From IMG/VR virus record IMGVR_UViG_3300017917_001434, positions 25,593 to 89,592 of that record: DNA of 64,000 nucleotides. One strand, written 5' to 3'. The stretch's first letter is position 1; every line of letters starts with the position of its first letter. This document shows positions 31,450 through 40,251 of the stretch, piece by piece. This stretch comes from a virus. The translations under genes were made by a program, and so were the position numbers. Below the pieces are notes generated by a model. That model worked only from the letters and a program-made list of their open reading frames with translations, was not told the origin of the DNA and made no database searches.

Positions 31450-31958
31450 AATACGACCGCTACGGTAGAACTTATACAACTAGTAATGAGCTATGCGAAT
31501 TACTATATAAAAATCCCGATTTAGATCTAAGTCTGTTTCAAGTTGAAGATCCGCAGGAGTTCAACAAAAGCCGACATGAGTTACACGCAGAAGTTCCTAA
31601 CTTATCTGGATATGTTGAACTAGCAGAAAGTGTGGATGTGTTTGATCAACGCTGGCAAGCTAAATGGCACATGCCCAACGAATACAAAGAACTAGATATT
31701 GCTGAATATGTATTAGGGCTGTGCAAAGAAGATTACGAACTACAACGTGTAGGTCAAGAGTTACTGTTATTTCAAGAACGTGATGCGTTCGATCTATTAC
31801 GCTATATGAAATATCTAGTAGATACTTTACGTAAACATAATATTGTTTGGGGTGTAGGTCGTGGTAGTAGTGTAGCAAGTTATGTGCTGTTTTTATTAGG
31901 AGTACATAAAATTGACAGCCTATACTATAATTTAGATATCGAAGAATTCCTCAAATAA
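31446..31958 (+). CDS. stand-alone fragment of a DNA polymerase III alpha (DnaE)-like protein
   Basis: RVGQELLLF...YLVDTLRKHNIVWGVGRGSSVASYVLFLLGVHKID; only 170 aa. Confidence 0.85.
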   Translation: MKYDRYGRTYTTSNELCELLYKNPDLDLSLFQVEDPQEFNKSRHELHAEVPNLSGYVELAESVDVFDQRWQAKWHMPNEYKELDIAEYVLGLCKEDYELQRVGQELLLFQERDAFDLLRYMKYLVDTLRKHNIVWGVGRGSSVASYVLFLLGVHKIDSLYYNLDIEEFLK

Positions 31959-31985
31959 ATACGCATATATTAGGAGAAATAAACT

Positions 31986-32420
31986 ATGGCTAAACAATAC
32001 AGATCAGCTATGGGCAAGATTGTTGATATTGACGCACTGCGTCTTGCTAATGAAAGTGCCATTGCTCTGGGTAACATGAAAGTTAATGCCCGCGGTGATG
32101 AATTAGGTCCCGGTGGTAAGGTACTAAAAACTCGCGCTCAACTAATGCGAGAATATCACAAAATTAATACCCCAATGATGAACGATGATGTTGTTCTAGA
32201 TACCGATGCACCTATAGTTAACAAACCCACCGGTAAGTTGACTACACCAATGGTAAAAGATACACCAATTTCAGACACTTCCGATGATGCCGCAACAGCT
32301 AACAAACCTCGTGGAAGTTTTGCAGAAGCTGTAGCTAATGAAACTGAAGTAAACACAGAACTGTTAGAACCAAAATCATTGTTAGGCAGTAACAAGCCTA
32401 CCGGTGTACAACGTATTTAG
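31986..32420 (+). CDS. phage hypothetical late protein
   Basis: GNMKVNARGDELGPGG; TAAATA at 31956; AGGAG SD. Confidence 0.7.
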   Translation: MAKQYRSAMGKIVDIDALRLANESAIALGNMKVNARGDELGPGGKVLKTRAQLMREYHKINTPMMNDDVVLDTDAPIVNKPTGKLTTPMVKDTPISDTSDDAATANKPRGSFAEAVANETEVNTELLEPKSLLGSNKPTGVQRI

Positions 32421-32431
32421 AAAGGTGTAAT

Positions 32432-32788
32432 ATGACCAGCGTTTTTGAGCCAGATAGAATTAAATCTATTAGAGCACTAAGAGATCACGTCATTGTATGT
32501 GATATGAACTTTGATCAAAAAATCAGCCACGGCGGTATTATTATCCCCAGCGGCGATGGCAAACTAGAAGGCGTACATGCTCGTTGGGGTCGTGTGTACG
32601 CTATCGGACCTAAACAACGAGACATACAGGTAGGGCAGTATGTCTTAGTCAAACACGGTCGCTGGACCAGAGGTATTGATATTGTTGACGATGCAGGCGA
32701 AAAAACTATTCGTCGAATAGACAATGCTGATATTTTAATGGTAAGCGACGAACCAATGGTTGACGAAACCATTGGAGATGGGTTATAA
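32432..32788 (+). CDS. divergent GroES-like co-chaperonin
   Basis: IRALRDHVIV...GGIII...GRVYAIGP...IQVGQYVLV. Confidence 0.8.
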   Translation: MTSVFEPDRIKSIRALRDHVIVCDMNFDQKISHGGIIIPSGDGKLEGVHARWGRVYAIGPKQRDIQVGQYVLVKHGRWTRGIDIVDDAGEKTIRRIDNADILMVSDEPMVDETIGDGL

Positions 32789-32818
32789 TATTAACAACTC
32801 AACTACAAAAGGCGTTCA

Positions 32819-33739
32819 ATGAAACAATTATGGGTAGAACAGTATCGCCCTCGCGATATTGAGGGCTATGTCTTTCGCGATGAAGCACAGCGAGATCAAG
32901 TAAAGTCCTGGATCAAAGATGGTAGTATTCCGCATTTGCTGTTCAGTGGTGCTGCAGGCATTGGCAAAACAACCTTAGCTAAAATTCTTATAAATGCGTT
33001 AGGTATCGATGAATACGATGTATTGGAACTAAATGCTTCACGTACCAACAGTGTCGACGATGTGCGAGAAAAAATTACTAATTTTGTTAGCACTATGCCT
33101 TTTGGCAGTTTTAAGATTGTTTTGTTAGATGAAGCAGACTATTTGAGTCCAAATGCACAGGCTGCCTTACGTGGTGTTATGGAAGAGTATAGTCAAACTG
33201 CTCGTTTTATTTTAACCTGTAACTATCCGCATAAGATTATTCCGGCACTACACAGTCGTTGTCAGGGTTTTCATATTGAAAAAGTTGATCACACTGAATT
33301 CACTGCTCGTGCCGCAACTGTACTAGTAACCGAAGGGGTAGAGTTTGATTTAGATACCCTTGATAGTTATGTTAAAGCTACCTACCCTGATCTGCGTAAA
33401 TGTTTAAATTTGTTACAGATGAACAGTACAGGCGGCAAATTAATTGCTCCTAGCGAAAGTAACAACAGCACCGCTGACTATAAACTTGCTATGGTAGATC
33501 TGTTCAAACATGGGAAAATTAAAGAAGCACGACAACTGTTATGCAGTCAAGCCCGCCCAGAAGAAATGGATGATGTTTTCCGCTGGCTATACGATAATCT
33601 ACAGTTATTTGCAAAAACAGAAGAACAGGAAGACGAAGCAATTCTTATTATTCGCAAAGGGCTAGTCAACCATACTATGTGTGCAGACGCCGAGATTAAT
33701 CTGTCAGCTACACTTGTTGAATTAAGTCAAATAGGATAA
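32819..33739 (+). CDS. clamp loader AAA+ subunit (T4 gp44/RFC-like)
   Basis: LWVEQYRP, GAAGIGKTT, LLDEADYL, SRC. Confidence 0.93.
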   Translation: MKQLWVEQYRPRDIEGYVFRDEAQRDQVKSWIKDGSIPHLLFSGAAGIGKTTLAKILINALGIDEYDVLELNASRTNSVDDVREKITNFVSTMPFGSFKIVLLDEADYLSPNAQAALRGVMEEYSQTARFILTCNYPHKIIPALHSRCQGFHIEKVDHTEFTARAATVLVTEGVEFDLDTLDSYVKATYPDLRKCLNLLQMNSTGGKLIAPSESNNSTADYKLAMVDLFKHGKIKEARQLLCSQARPEEMDDVFRWLYDNLQLFAKTEEQEDEAILIIRKGLVNHTMCADAEINLSATLVELSQIG

Positions 33740-33743
33740 CACT

Positions 33744-34058
33744 GTGAAAAATCTAAACATTTATCTAGTGGCAAATTACATAGGACGGCCAAAAGATCCT
33801 AGACGTACCTTTGAAAAAGGTTACGTAAATAATCCCGACAATATGATATATGATGAACACATATACCTATGTCGAGGATTACGCAACAAAGATCACCAAA
33901 ACAGTGTTGTTTTGGATCTAACTGAACAAAAAATTATTAAAAATACCTTCAAAACAGGCGCTAGTTTTGAAGAAGCGTTTACTCACTACTATGAGGGTTA
34001 CGGTGACTACATTGATGACTGTGTAAACAAATTAAATGAAGCGTTACAAGTTAAATGA
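33744..34058 (+). CDS. hypothetical protein
   Basis: GTG start with AGGA SD. Confidence 0.6.
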   Translation: MKNLNIYLVANYIGRPKDPRRTFEKGYVNNPDNMIYDEHIYLCRGLRNKDHQNSVVLDLTEQKIIKNTFKTGASFEEAFTHYYEGYGDYIDDCVNKLNEALQVK

Positions 34059-34356
34059 GTGCGGAGCCCGTGGCTGGTTCTTGGGCGATTTTTCCGGTAG
34101 TGTACTACCCACAAAAGACTTTGAAGTATGCTACCAAAAGAATCCTCGCAGTCAGACAGCCAGTCATATTCATAAGGTTGCCCACGAAATTACATTAGTA
34201 ATCAGTGGGCGTCAGATATGTAACGGACAAATGTTTGAAGCTGGGGATATTTGTGTACTAGAGCCAGGCGATATAAGTCAGATTGAATACCTAGAAGAAA
34301 CCGAAGTAGTCACTATTAAAGTTCCAAGTGTACCTGGCGACAAATATCTTCTCTAA
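34036..34356 (+). CDS. cupin-fold protein
   Basis: HIHKVAHEITLVISG...GDICVLEPG. Confidence 0.75.
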   Translation: MKRYKLNECGARGWFLGDFSGSVLPTKDFEVCYQKNPRSQTASHIHKVAHEITLVISGRQICNGQMFEAGDICVLEPGDISQIEYLEETEVVTIKVPSVPGDKYLL

Positions 34357-35366
34357 GAATCTTTAACACCGCAAGTTTGATTACAACGCCAAAGTCTGCC
34401 TTCCTTGTAGCTATTTTTACTCCAGGATTCTTCGACCCGATTGAACCATTCCATACACTCTCGTAATGGTCTTTTTAGAGCATTAATTTCTTCATTGCCT
34501 ATCAGTTCTTTAATCTGTTCTAGTCCGTAGACATACGCAGGCGAATAAGTCTTTGGCATGATTCCTAGATAACAACAAGGGCTTACATCTCCATTGGCAC
34601 TAATGTAGATTGTTCTGTCTCTAATTGTTTCGCAGTCAATTTTTTTATGCACCGGATCTGTATATTTTCTAGTTTTAGAAAACTGTATAATATCTTCTAA
34701 ATGTTTGTGATATGTTTTATATTTGCCTACATCTTTGGAGCCAATGGAATGAGTATAGTTTCCATCTCTGTCATAGGCAGCACCCTGATTTCTACCATGG
34801 TCTACTGGAGTGAAATCACTAAAGCCTAATTCTTTAGCTAGTTTACGACATTGTTCAATTTGATGTCTATTATGATCAAACTCAATCATTTTCCATATGG
34901 CCGTTCCGCCAGCATTCATAAAAATTTTTGCATTTTTAATAACAGTATGCCAGTCGGTGTCTGCCCTATATAAACTATGGGTGTCTTCAAGACCATCGAG
35001 GGCAAATATGATTTCAATATTGCCTAATTTGCCCAAGGCGGTCCAAAATTCACGATCTCTGGCACTACCATTGGTACCAATGGACACAAAAAGTGACGGG
35101 TTGTGTTGTCTAAAATAACTAATAATTTCTAAGGATTCAGGGGCTAACATAAAGTCCCCAAAATTGCCATTGATGTACAATCTTTTTAACCTACCAATAA
35201 AGTCTGGTTCGAATATTTTTTTGATGTCATCTAAGGATAAAGAGGTTTCAGGATACCCTAAATTTATAGGGTATCCGTGAAAGTTTCTTGGACAAAGAAT
35301 GCAACGTGCGTTACATTTCGTTGAAAGTTCAAGATGTATTACTCTTACATCTTCATATTTTATCAT
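34353..35366 (-). CDS. radical SAM protein with C-terminal SPASM/twitch-like cysteines
   Basis: CNARCILC (CxxxCxxC), GNFGDF, GDVSPCC, CNQTC; TATAAATA 5 nt before the ATG. Confidence 0.88.
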   Translation of the reverse strand: MIKYEDVRVIHLELSTKCNARCILCPRNFHGYPINLGYPETSLSLDDIKKIFEPDFIGRLKRLYINGNFGDFMLAPESLEIISYFRQHNPSLFVSIGTNGSARDREFWTALGKLGNIEIIFALDGLEDTHSLYRADTDWHTVIKNAKIFMNAGGTAIWKMIEFDHNRHQIEQCRKLAKELGFSDFTPVDHGRNQGAAYDRDGNYTHSIGSKDVGKYKTYHKHLEDIIQFSKTRKYTDPVHKKIDCETIRDRTIYISANGDVSPCCYLGIMPKTYSPAYVYGLEQIKELIGNEEINALKRPLRECMEWFNRVEESWSKNSYKEGRLWRCNQTCGVKDS

Positions 35367-35382
35367 GCTACTATTTATAGCA

Positions 35383-36126
35383 TTAGAATTCTTTATAGAT
35401 CTTTAACACCTCCGCAACCGCCGGATGGCGCATGATATCTTTGCTTATAAATTCAACACCGGCTACGTACTTACTCTGTTGGTACGCAGCAACAAGACTC
35501 TTGAAGTCTAGTAACCCGTTGTTACTTTCACTACGGTCTGCCTGACGTGTATCACCTGTAACAACTATCTTGGAGCCTTCGCCGAGTCGCGTTAGGAGCA
35601 TCTTCATCTGTCCAGGAGTGGCGTTCTGCATTTCATCTGCAACGATCCAACTATCCTTAAAAGTGCGACCTCTCATGTATGCTAGTGGAGCTATCTCTAT
35701 TGTTTGTTCGTCTATCATACGAGCGATGTCTCTTGAACTATAATACTCTGCAAATACATCAAACAGAGGTCTAGTCCAGGGTTCCATTTTAGCGTTAATA
35801 TCACCTGGTAGGAATCCGTGCTGTTCATCATCCACTCCTACCGCTGGACGAGTCATTACAATTTTCTTCACCTCCCCTTCTTTAAGTGCTTTAATTCCGG
35901 CTAACACGGCTAGCATAGTTTTACCAGTACCAGCAGGACCTGTGGCAAATACTATGTACTTGCTAGTATCTTCTAATAGGCTGATATATTCTTCTTGGTT
36001 CAAACTTTTTGGAATTAGATGTACTGCTTTACGTTGTTGAACATATTGGTTAAAATTTACTACGGTGTTATCTACTACAAATGCTTGTGCGTTGTTGCTA
36101 CGACTGCTTCTGCGGTGTCTTGACAT
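35383..36126 (-). CDS. phoH: PhoH-like ATPase
   Basis: GPAGTGKT, GFLPG, YMRGRTF, DEMQN, LLTRLG, RHP. Confidence 0.95.
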   Translation of the reverse strand: MSRHRRSSRSNNAQAFVVDNTVVNFNQYVQQRKAVHLIPKSLNQEEYISLLEDTSKYIVFATGPAGTGKTMLAVLAGIKALKEGEVKKIVMTRPAVGVDDEQHGFLPGDINAKMEPWTRPLFDVFAEYYSSRDIARMIDEQTIEIAPLAYMRGRTFKDSWIVADEMQNATPGQMKMLLTRLGEGSKIVVTGDTRQADRSESNNGLLDFKSLVAAYQQSKYVAGVEFISKDIMRHPAVAEVLKIYKEF

Positions 36127-36313
36127 ACTGCTCCCTTATTTCTGAATGTTGTGTGGACGACAGTATCCACACAAATATTTACAAGGTAATTTTAATGACA
36201 AAGTAAGCAGTTAAATCAGAATCTTCCAAACTAAATATTAAGCTGTCCTAGCAACCCACCTTTAAAACCTTTACTTGCTTAAATTCATAAATAACATAAA
36301 GAGCGCAATTACT

Positions 36314-36868
36314 ATGGCTAAAATTATTGTTGAAAATAAACCAATATCTGATGTAATCGAAAACACCAAAGAGCTGTACATGACAGATTCTGCAACAGAA
36401 ACACTCATGGACTTCGAACGTGTACTCGATGAATTAGATTTATATGTTTTTAAACACTGGAAACAAGGTGAGTTAGTTGAAGGACCAACCTACGAAAAAT
36501 ACTTTGTGACCTGTACATTTATGTGGCCTTATAAATTAATGCCAGATCCACGTGGCGCAGAACGTTTGCTTGACTACGACTGCGAAGTAAGCTATCGTAA
36601 AGATCTATTAGAATACCCAGTTAAAATTGAAAGTCCAGATGACTTTCAAGATGGCGGTAAAATGCCTAAGATGGCGCAAACACCAATTTGGCTAGTAACT
36701 ATCACTATGCCTAAACAATTGATGCAGGAAATTAATCAAGGTAGCCTAGAACTAGAAAGTGCTACTTTAGATATGGAAGACATTGAGCAGGCCTATGAAG
36801 AAGGCACTGACGATGCAACAAATTTTGATCAAGAAGACGAGTTGGACAATGCACAAACCACTGCTTAG
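36314..36868 (+). CDS. phage hypothetical late protein
   Basis: Start moved to MAKIIVE; TAAATA at 36288. Confidence 0.7.
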   Translation: MAKIIVENKPISDVIENTKELYMTDSATETLMDFERVLDELDLYVFKHWKQGELVEGPTYEKYFVTCTFMWPYKLMPDPRGAERLLDYDCEVSYRKDLLEYPVKIESPDDFQDGGKMPKMAQTPIWLVTITMPKQLMQEINQGSLELESATLDMEDIEQAYEEGTDDATNFDQEDELDNAQTTA

Positions 36869-37439
36869 AGAAAATTTAGAGTACGGCGACTTAAAAAGAC
36901 TAGTACACAACGAACTACACATCGACGAATATAAATCTAAGATGGGCAGTGACAGCGAAGTTTGTGTTGTAAGTTTTAAAGTCAGTGGTAAACAGCCCAG
37001 TGCAGATTTGGTTGCTTTTATAGAAAAGAGCTATGATTTTGTTCTAGATGCTGATGTAAGCTCTGGAGAAAAAGAAGACGGCGACTACCTGGTCTTTGTT
37101 GAAATTCCACGCAGTCCTGATACAGCATCTCAGATTGTTGAGATGATCAAGGACGTATTAAATCTAACCGAACAAACTGAAGAAGAATGGCGTGTTAGAT
37201 ATTATAAATCAACTGAAGATCATCCACTAGATGCAGACAAACTTCGTGAAGTTATTCCGAGTACACCAGAAGAATACGCCAGTCGATTTGGCGACAGCGA
37301 AGCTGAGGACGAGGAAGATGCCGAAGATATTACTAAAGATTTAGACGCATTGAAATCAGCTGCAGGTGTTAAAGTTAACACAGTAGCACCAAAGAACGAA
37401 TACACAGAAAGTTTGAGGGTCGCAGCAGGAATAAAATAA
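36849..37439 (+). CDS. phage hypothetical protein with C-terminal LxxAAG(V/I)K motifs
   Basis: Start moved to MHKPLLRE; IDEYKSKMG motif. Confidence 0.7.
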   Translation: MHKPLLRENLEYGDLKRLVHNELHIDEYKSKMGSDSEVCVVSFKVSGKQPSADLVAFIEKSYDFVLDADVSSGEKEDGDYLVFVEIPRSPDTASQIVEMIKDVLNLTEQTEEEWRVRYYKSTEDHPLDADKLREVIPSTPEEYASRFGDSEAEDEEDAEDITKDLDALKSAAGVKVNTVAPKNEYTESLRVAAGIK

Positions 37440-37459
37440 TAATTTAGGAGTTATCAACG

Positions 37460-38293
37460 ATGCAAATTACAGCAGGACATATTCGAGCACTTTTCCCAAA
37501 ATACAAATACCCAGAAGATCTAGCAGAAGCCTTAACAGAATCCTTTGACAAATACGAAATCAACACTGTTAACCGTGCTGCTGGTTTCTTAGCACAATGC
37601 GGACATGAAAGTGCCGGATTCACAATCTTACAAGAAAACTTAAACTATTCGGCCGAAGGTTTGAATAAGATATTTAAGAAATACTTCCCAACAGTAGCAG
37701 ACGCACAACCGTATGCTCGCAATCCAGAAAAGATTGCTAACAAGGTCTACGGTGGACGTATGGGCAACGGCCCAGAGTCTAGCGGTGATGGTTACAAATT
37801 CCGTGGCCGTGGTGCTATCCAATTAACTGGCCGTGACAACTACACACAGTTTGCCAAAGCAGTTGGGCTTACAGTAGACGAAGCAGTGGCAGACTTAGAA
37901 ACACTTGACGGTGCTATCGAGTCAGCCTGCTGGTTCTGGAAGAAAAATGGTCTAAACGGTATATGTGATAAAGATGATATCGTTCTAATGACTAAACGTA
38001 TCAACGGTGGTACCATTGGCTTAGATGATCGTAAGAAACATTATGAACATGCTAAACATGTATTAAGTGGACATGTTGAAGAATCACACGGTGTCAACGT
38101 GGTTAATTACGAAACAGTACGTCTAGGTAGCAATAACGACACAGTCAAAGCAGTACAGGCTAAACTAGGACTTGCCGCAGATGGTAAGTTTGGACCAGGA
38201 ACAGAAAAGGCAGTTAAAGCATGGCAAACAGCTAATGGCTTAACCGCAGATGGTATCATGGGACCTAAGAGCCTTGCTAAACTATTAGGATAA
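37460..38293 (+). CDS. endolysin: GH19 domain plus peptidoglycan-binding domain
   Basis: FLAQCGHESAG, FRGRGAIQLTGRDNY, TKRINGG; ADGKFGPGT and ADGIMGPKS binding motifs. Confidence 0.92.
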   Translation: MQITAGHIRALFPKYKYPEDLAEALTESFDKYEINTVNRAAGFLAQCGHESAGFTILQENLNYSAEGLNKIFKKYFPTVADAQPYARNPEKIANKVYGGRMGNGPESSGDGYKFRGRGAIQLTGRDNYTQFAKAVGLTVDEAVADLETLDGAIESACWFWKKNGLNGICDKDDIVLMTKRINGGTIGLDDRKKHYEHAKHVLSGHVEESHGVNVVNYETVRLGSNNDTVKAVQAKLGLAADGKFGPGTEKAVKAWQTANGLTADGIMGPKSLAKLLG

Positions 38294-38296
38294 TCA

Positions 38297-38776
38297 ATGT
38301 TTTTACTACACTTTTTACCAGACAGTTTTCTTCATACTATAATTAATCTTGTGTTGTTTGCAGGCCTAGGTTTAACTGTCGTTGGCTTTTTCTTAGTAGG
38401 TTGGATACCTGGCCTGCGTAATTATAAATCATTAATACAAATCATTGGCGTTGTACTATTAGTGGCAGGTATCTACTGGAAAGGTGGTTATGGTGTTGAA
38501 ATGGAATGGCGTGCTAAGGTTGCTGAACTAGAAGCCAAGGTAAAAGCCGCCGAAGCACAATCAGCAAAAGTAAACACAGTTATCCAAGAAAAAGTTGTTA
38601 CTAAAATTAAACACGTAAAAGATACACAGGTTAAGATACAAAAAGAAATAGTTGAAAAAGAACGTGTAATCAACGGTGAATGCGTAGTACCAGAAGAATT
38701 TGTCAACATACTAAACAAAGCCGCAGAAAAACCTCAACCTGTAGTTGAAGTTAAACCAGGGGAGGTGGCAAAATGA
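38297..38776 (+). CDS. putative inner-membrane spanin (Rz-like)
   Basis: N-terminal TM helices plus coiled coil; follows the endolysin. Confidence 0.65.
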   Translation: MFLLHFLPDSFLHTIINLVLFAGLGLTVVGFFLVGWIPGLRNYKSLIQIIGVVLLVAGIYWKGGYGVEMEWRAKVAELEAKVKAAEAQSAKVNTVIQEKVVTKIKHVKDTQVKIQKEIVEKERVINGECVVPEEFVNILNKAAEKPQPVVEVKPGEVAK

Positions 38777-39033
38777 GATACTTACTAATAGCATTATTAT
38801 TAACCGGTTGTTCAACTCTTGTGCCTACCCGTGCTACTTTCCCAGATGTACCTAAAGAAATTGCTGAAGCATGCCCAGATTTAGAAAAACTTGCCGCAGA
38901 AACAAGTAAGTTAAGCGAAGTTGCTGGTACTGTAACTAAAAACTACAGTAGTTACTATGAATGTCAAGCCAAGCATGAAGCATGGGTTGAGTGGTACAAA
39001 GCACAACGTCAAATACATGAGAGCGTAAAATGA
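38773..39033 (+). CDS. putative outer-membrane spanin lipoprotein (Rz1-like)
   Basis: Lipobox LLTGC; Pro and Cys in the mature part. Confidence 0.7.
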   Translation: MRYLLIALLLTGCSTLVPTRATFPDVPKEIAEACPDLEKLAAETSKLSEVAGTVTKNYSSYYECQAKHEAWVEWYKAQRQIHESVK

Positions 39034-39431
39034 AAAAACTATTAGTTATAAGTCTAGCATTTTTATTAAGTAGTTGTGCTATTGTAGACATCTACCGTCA
39101 GGCTAAGTGGGATAACAACGAATACGCACTAGTTAATGATATACAGACTACTGCTACATTAGGCGCAGATAAATGTGGCACTAACGCGGTTGTTCCCTAT
39201 GTAAACAAAATCTACGAAAAGAGTGTAGAGTTTAAAAACTATTCAGCGGATGTAGATCGCAACAAAGAAACACAAAAAATGTCAGAAGAATTACTAGCTA
39301 TAACTAAAGGCCTAAAAGAGCGTTATAATAGCGGTGATGAACCCAGTCAAAAATACTGCGAACTAAAATTTACAGCTATTGAGACCAGCACAGGTACAAT
39401 TAAAAGAGCATTAGGAGCTAAACCACGATGA
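39030..39431 (+). CDS. second lipoprotein in the lysis cassette
   Basis: Lipobox LLSSC. Confidence 0.7.
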   Translation: MKKLLVISLAFLLSSCAIVDIYRQAKWDNNEYALVNDIQTTATLGADKCGTNAVVPYVNKIYEKSVEFKNYSADVDRNKETQKMSEELLAITKGLKERYNSGDEPSQKYCELKFTAIETSTGTIKRALGAKPR

Positions 39432-39634
39432 GCACACAAAATGAAGTAGTAGCAGAAGCACGTACACTAGAAAATGAATTCAAAGCAGGACGTATCAGTG
39501 CTGCAGAATTAAAAGAATTATTAGAAGACTTAAAGCACAGTAAGGCTATTGTAGCGGCGGCAGGAGATTTAGAAGTTAAAGGTCAACTGTTTGAGCTAAT
39601 TGATGGCATCATCGTTGCTGCAGGTGCTATTTAA
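39428..39634 (+). CDS. hypothetical protein
   Basis: AGGAG SD; coupled ORF. Confidence 0.6.
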   Translation: MSTQNEVVAEARTLENEFKAGRISAAELKELLEDLKHSKAIVAAAGDLEVKGQLFELIDGIIVAAGAI

Positions 39635-39667
39635 TAAATACTATTATAATTACAACTAGGAGCAATT

Positions 39668-39952
39668 ATGACAACTCAAGCACAAAAGAAATCTGAAGAT
39701 TGGATGACCACTAAGTGGCGTCCATTAATGGCTATTACATACATGGCCACAATCTGGTTTGACTTTATTGTAGGACCTATCTTATATAATCTATTACAAT
39801 TTTGGAACCCAGGCCAGGCAGTTACAGCCTATGCCCCAGTTACCTTACAAGGTGGCGGATTATACCACATCTCAATGGGTGCTATTTTAGGTATTGCTGC
39901 GTTTACACGCGGTAAAGAAAAAGTAGCGGAGATTGAAGCGGGAAAACAGTAG
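39668..39952 (+). CDS. holin (GTA 3TM-holin-like), 94-aa short form
   Basis: WMTTKWRPLMAITY...GAILGIAAFTRGKEK; hydrophobic segments; lysis cassette; TAAATA at 39635. Confidence 0.75.
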   Translation: MTTQAQKKSEDWMTTKWRPLMAITYMATIWFDFIVGPILYNLLQFWNPGQAVTAYAPVTLQGGGLYHISMGAILGIAAFTRGKEKVAEIEAGKQ

Positions 39953-39983
39953 GGGCTGGAGACGCCCCAGCAGAAAGTTCTCC
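39940..39983 (+). other. -1 programmed ribosomal frameshift signal
   Basis: G_GGA_AAA in the holin frame, 5-nt spacer, pseudoknot S1 GGGGC/GCCCC and S2 GGAGA/TCTCC. Confidence 0.8.
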
Positions 39984-40176
39984 TGTTTGGTTAGGTCAAC
40001 CTGCGCCAGAGAGTGCTCCACAGGCACAACCTGAAGCACAACCAGCAGCAGAGTTTGAAGCACCTGAAGTTGCAGAAACACAAGCACTTACAGAGGCTCC
40101 AGAAGAAGTAGAAACTGCACAAGCAGTAGAGCCAGCAGAAGATCCAAATCGTCCAAAAAGACGTAAGAAATCTTAA
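39946..40176 (+). CDS. -1 frame extension of the holin (76 aa, P/A/E/Q-rich with basic tail; fusion about 169 aa)
   Basis: Open frame with no ATG/GTG/TTG, closed upstream by TGA at 39934-39936. Confidence 0.75.
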   Translation, partial: TVGAGDAPAESSPVWLGQPAPESAPQAQPEAQPAAEFEAPEVAETQALTEAPEEVETAQAVEPAEDPNRPKRRKKS

Positions 40177-40202
40177 ACTGGTGAAAAATCAGTAGTAAAT
40201 AT

Positions 40203-40242
40203 AAGGGTAAGCATTGACGCTTACCCTTTTTTATTATATAAT
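40203..40242 (+). promoter_or_regulatory. terminator hairpin overlapping the sigma70 promoter of dnaJ
   Basis: AAGGGTAAGC-ATTGAC-GCTTACCCTT-TTTT; TTGACG-N17-TATAAT at 40214-40242. Confidence 0.75.
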
Positions 40243-40251
40243 ATACTTACT

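Noticed and set aside
39950-39994. UAG read-through of the holin (MuLV-like)
   Set aside because: The 0 frame meets another TAG after 13 codons, whereas the -1 frame is long and has a canonical slippery site.
39887-40087. 66-aa minus-strand ORF over the holin extension
   Set aside because: No SD or promoter; it is a shadow of the -1 frame coding region.
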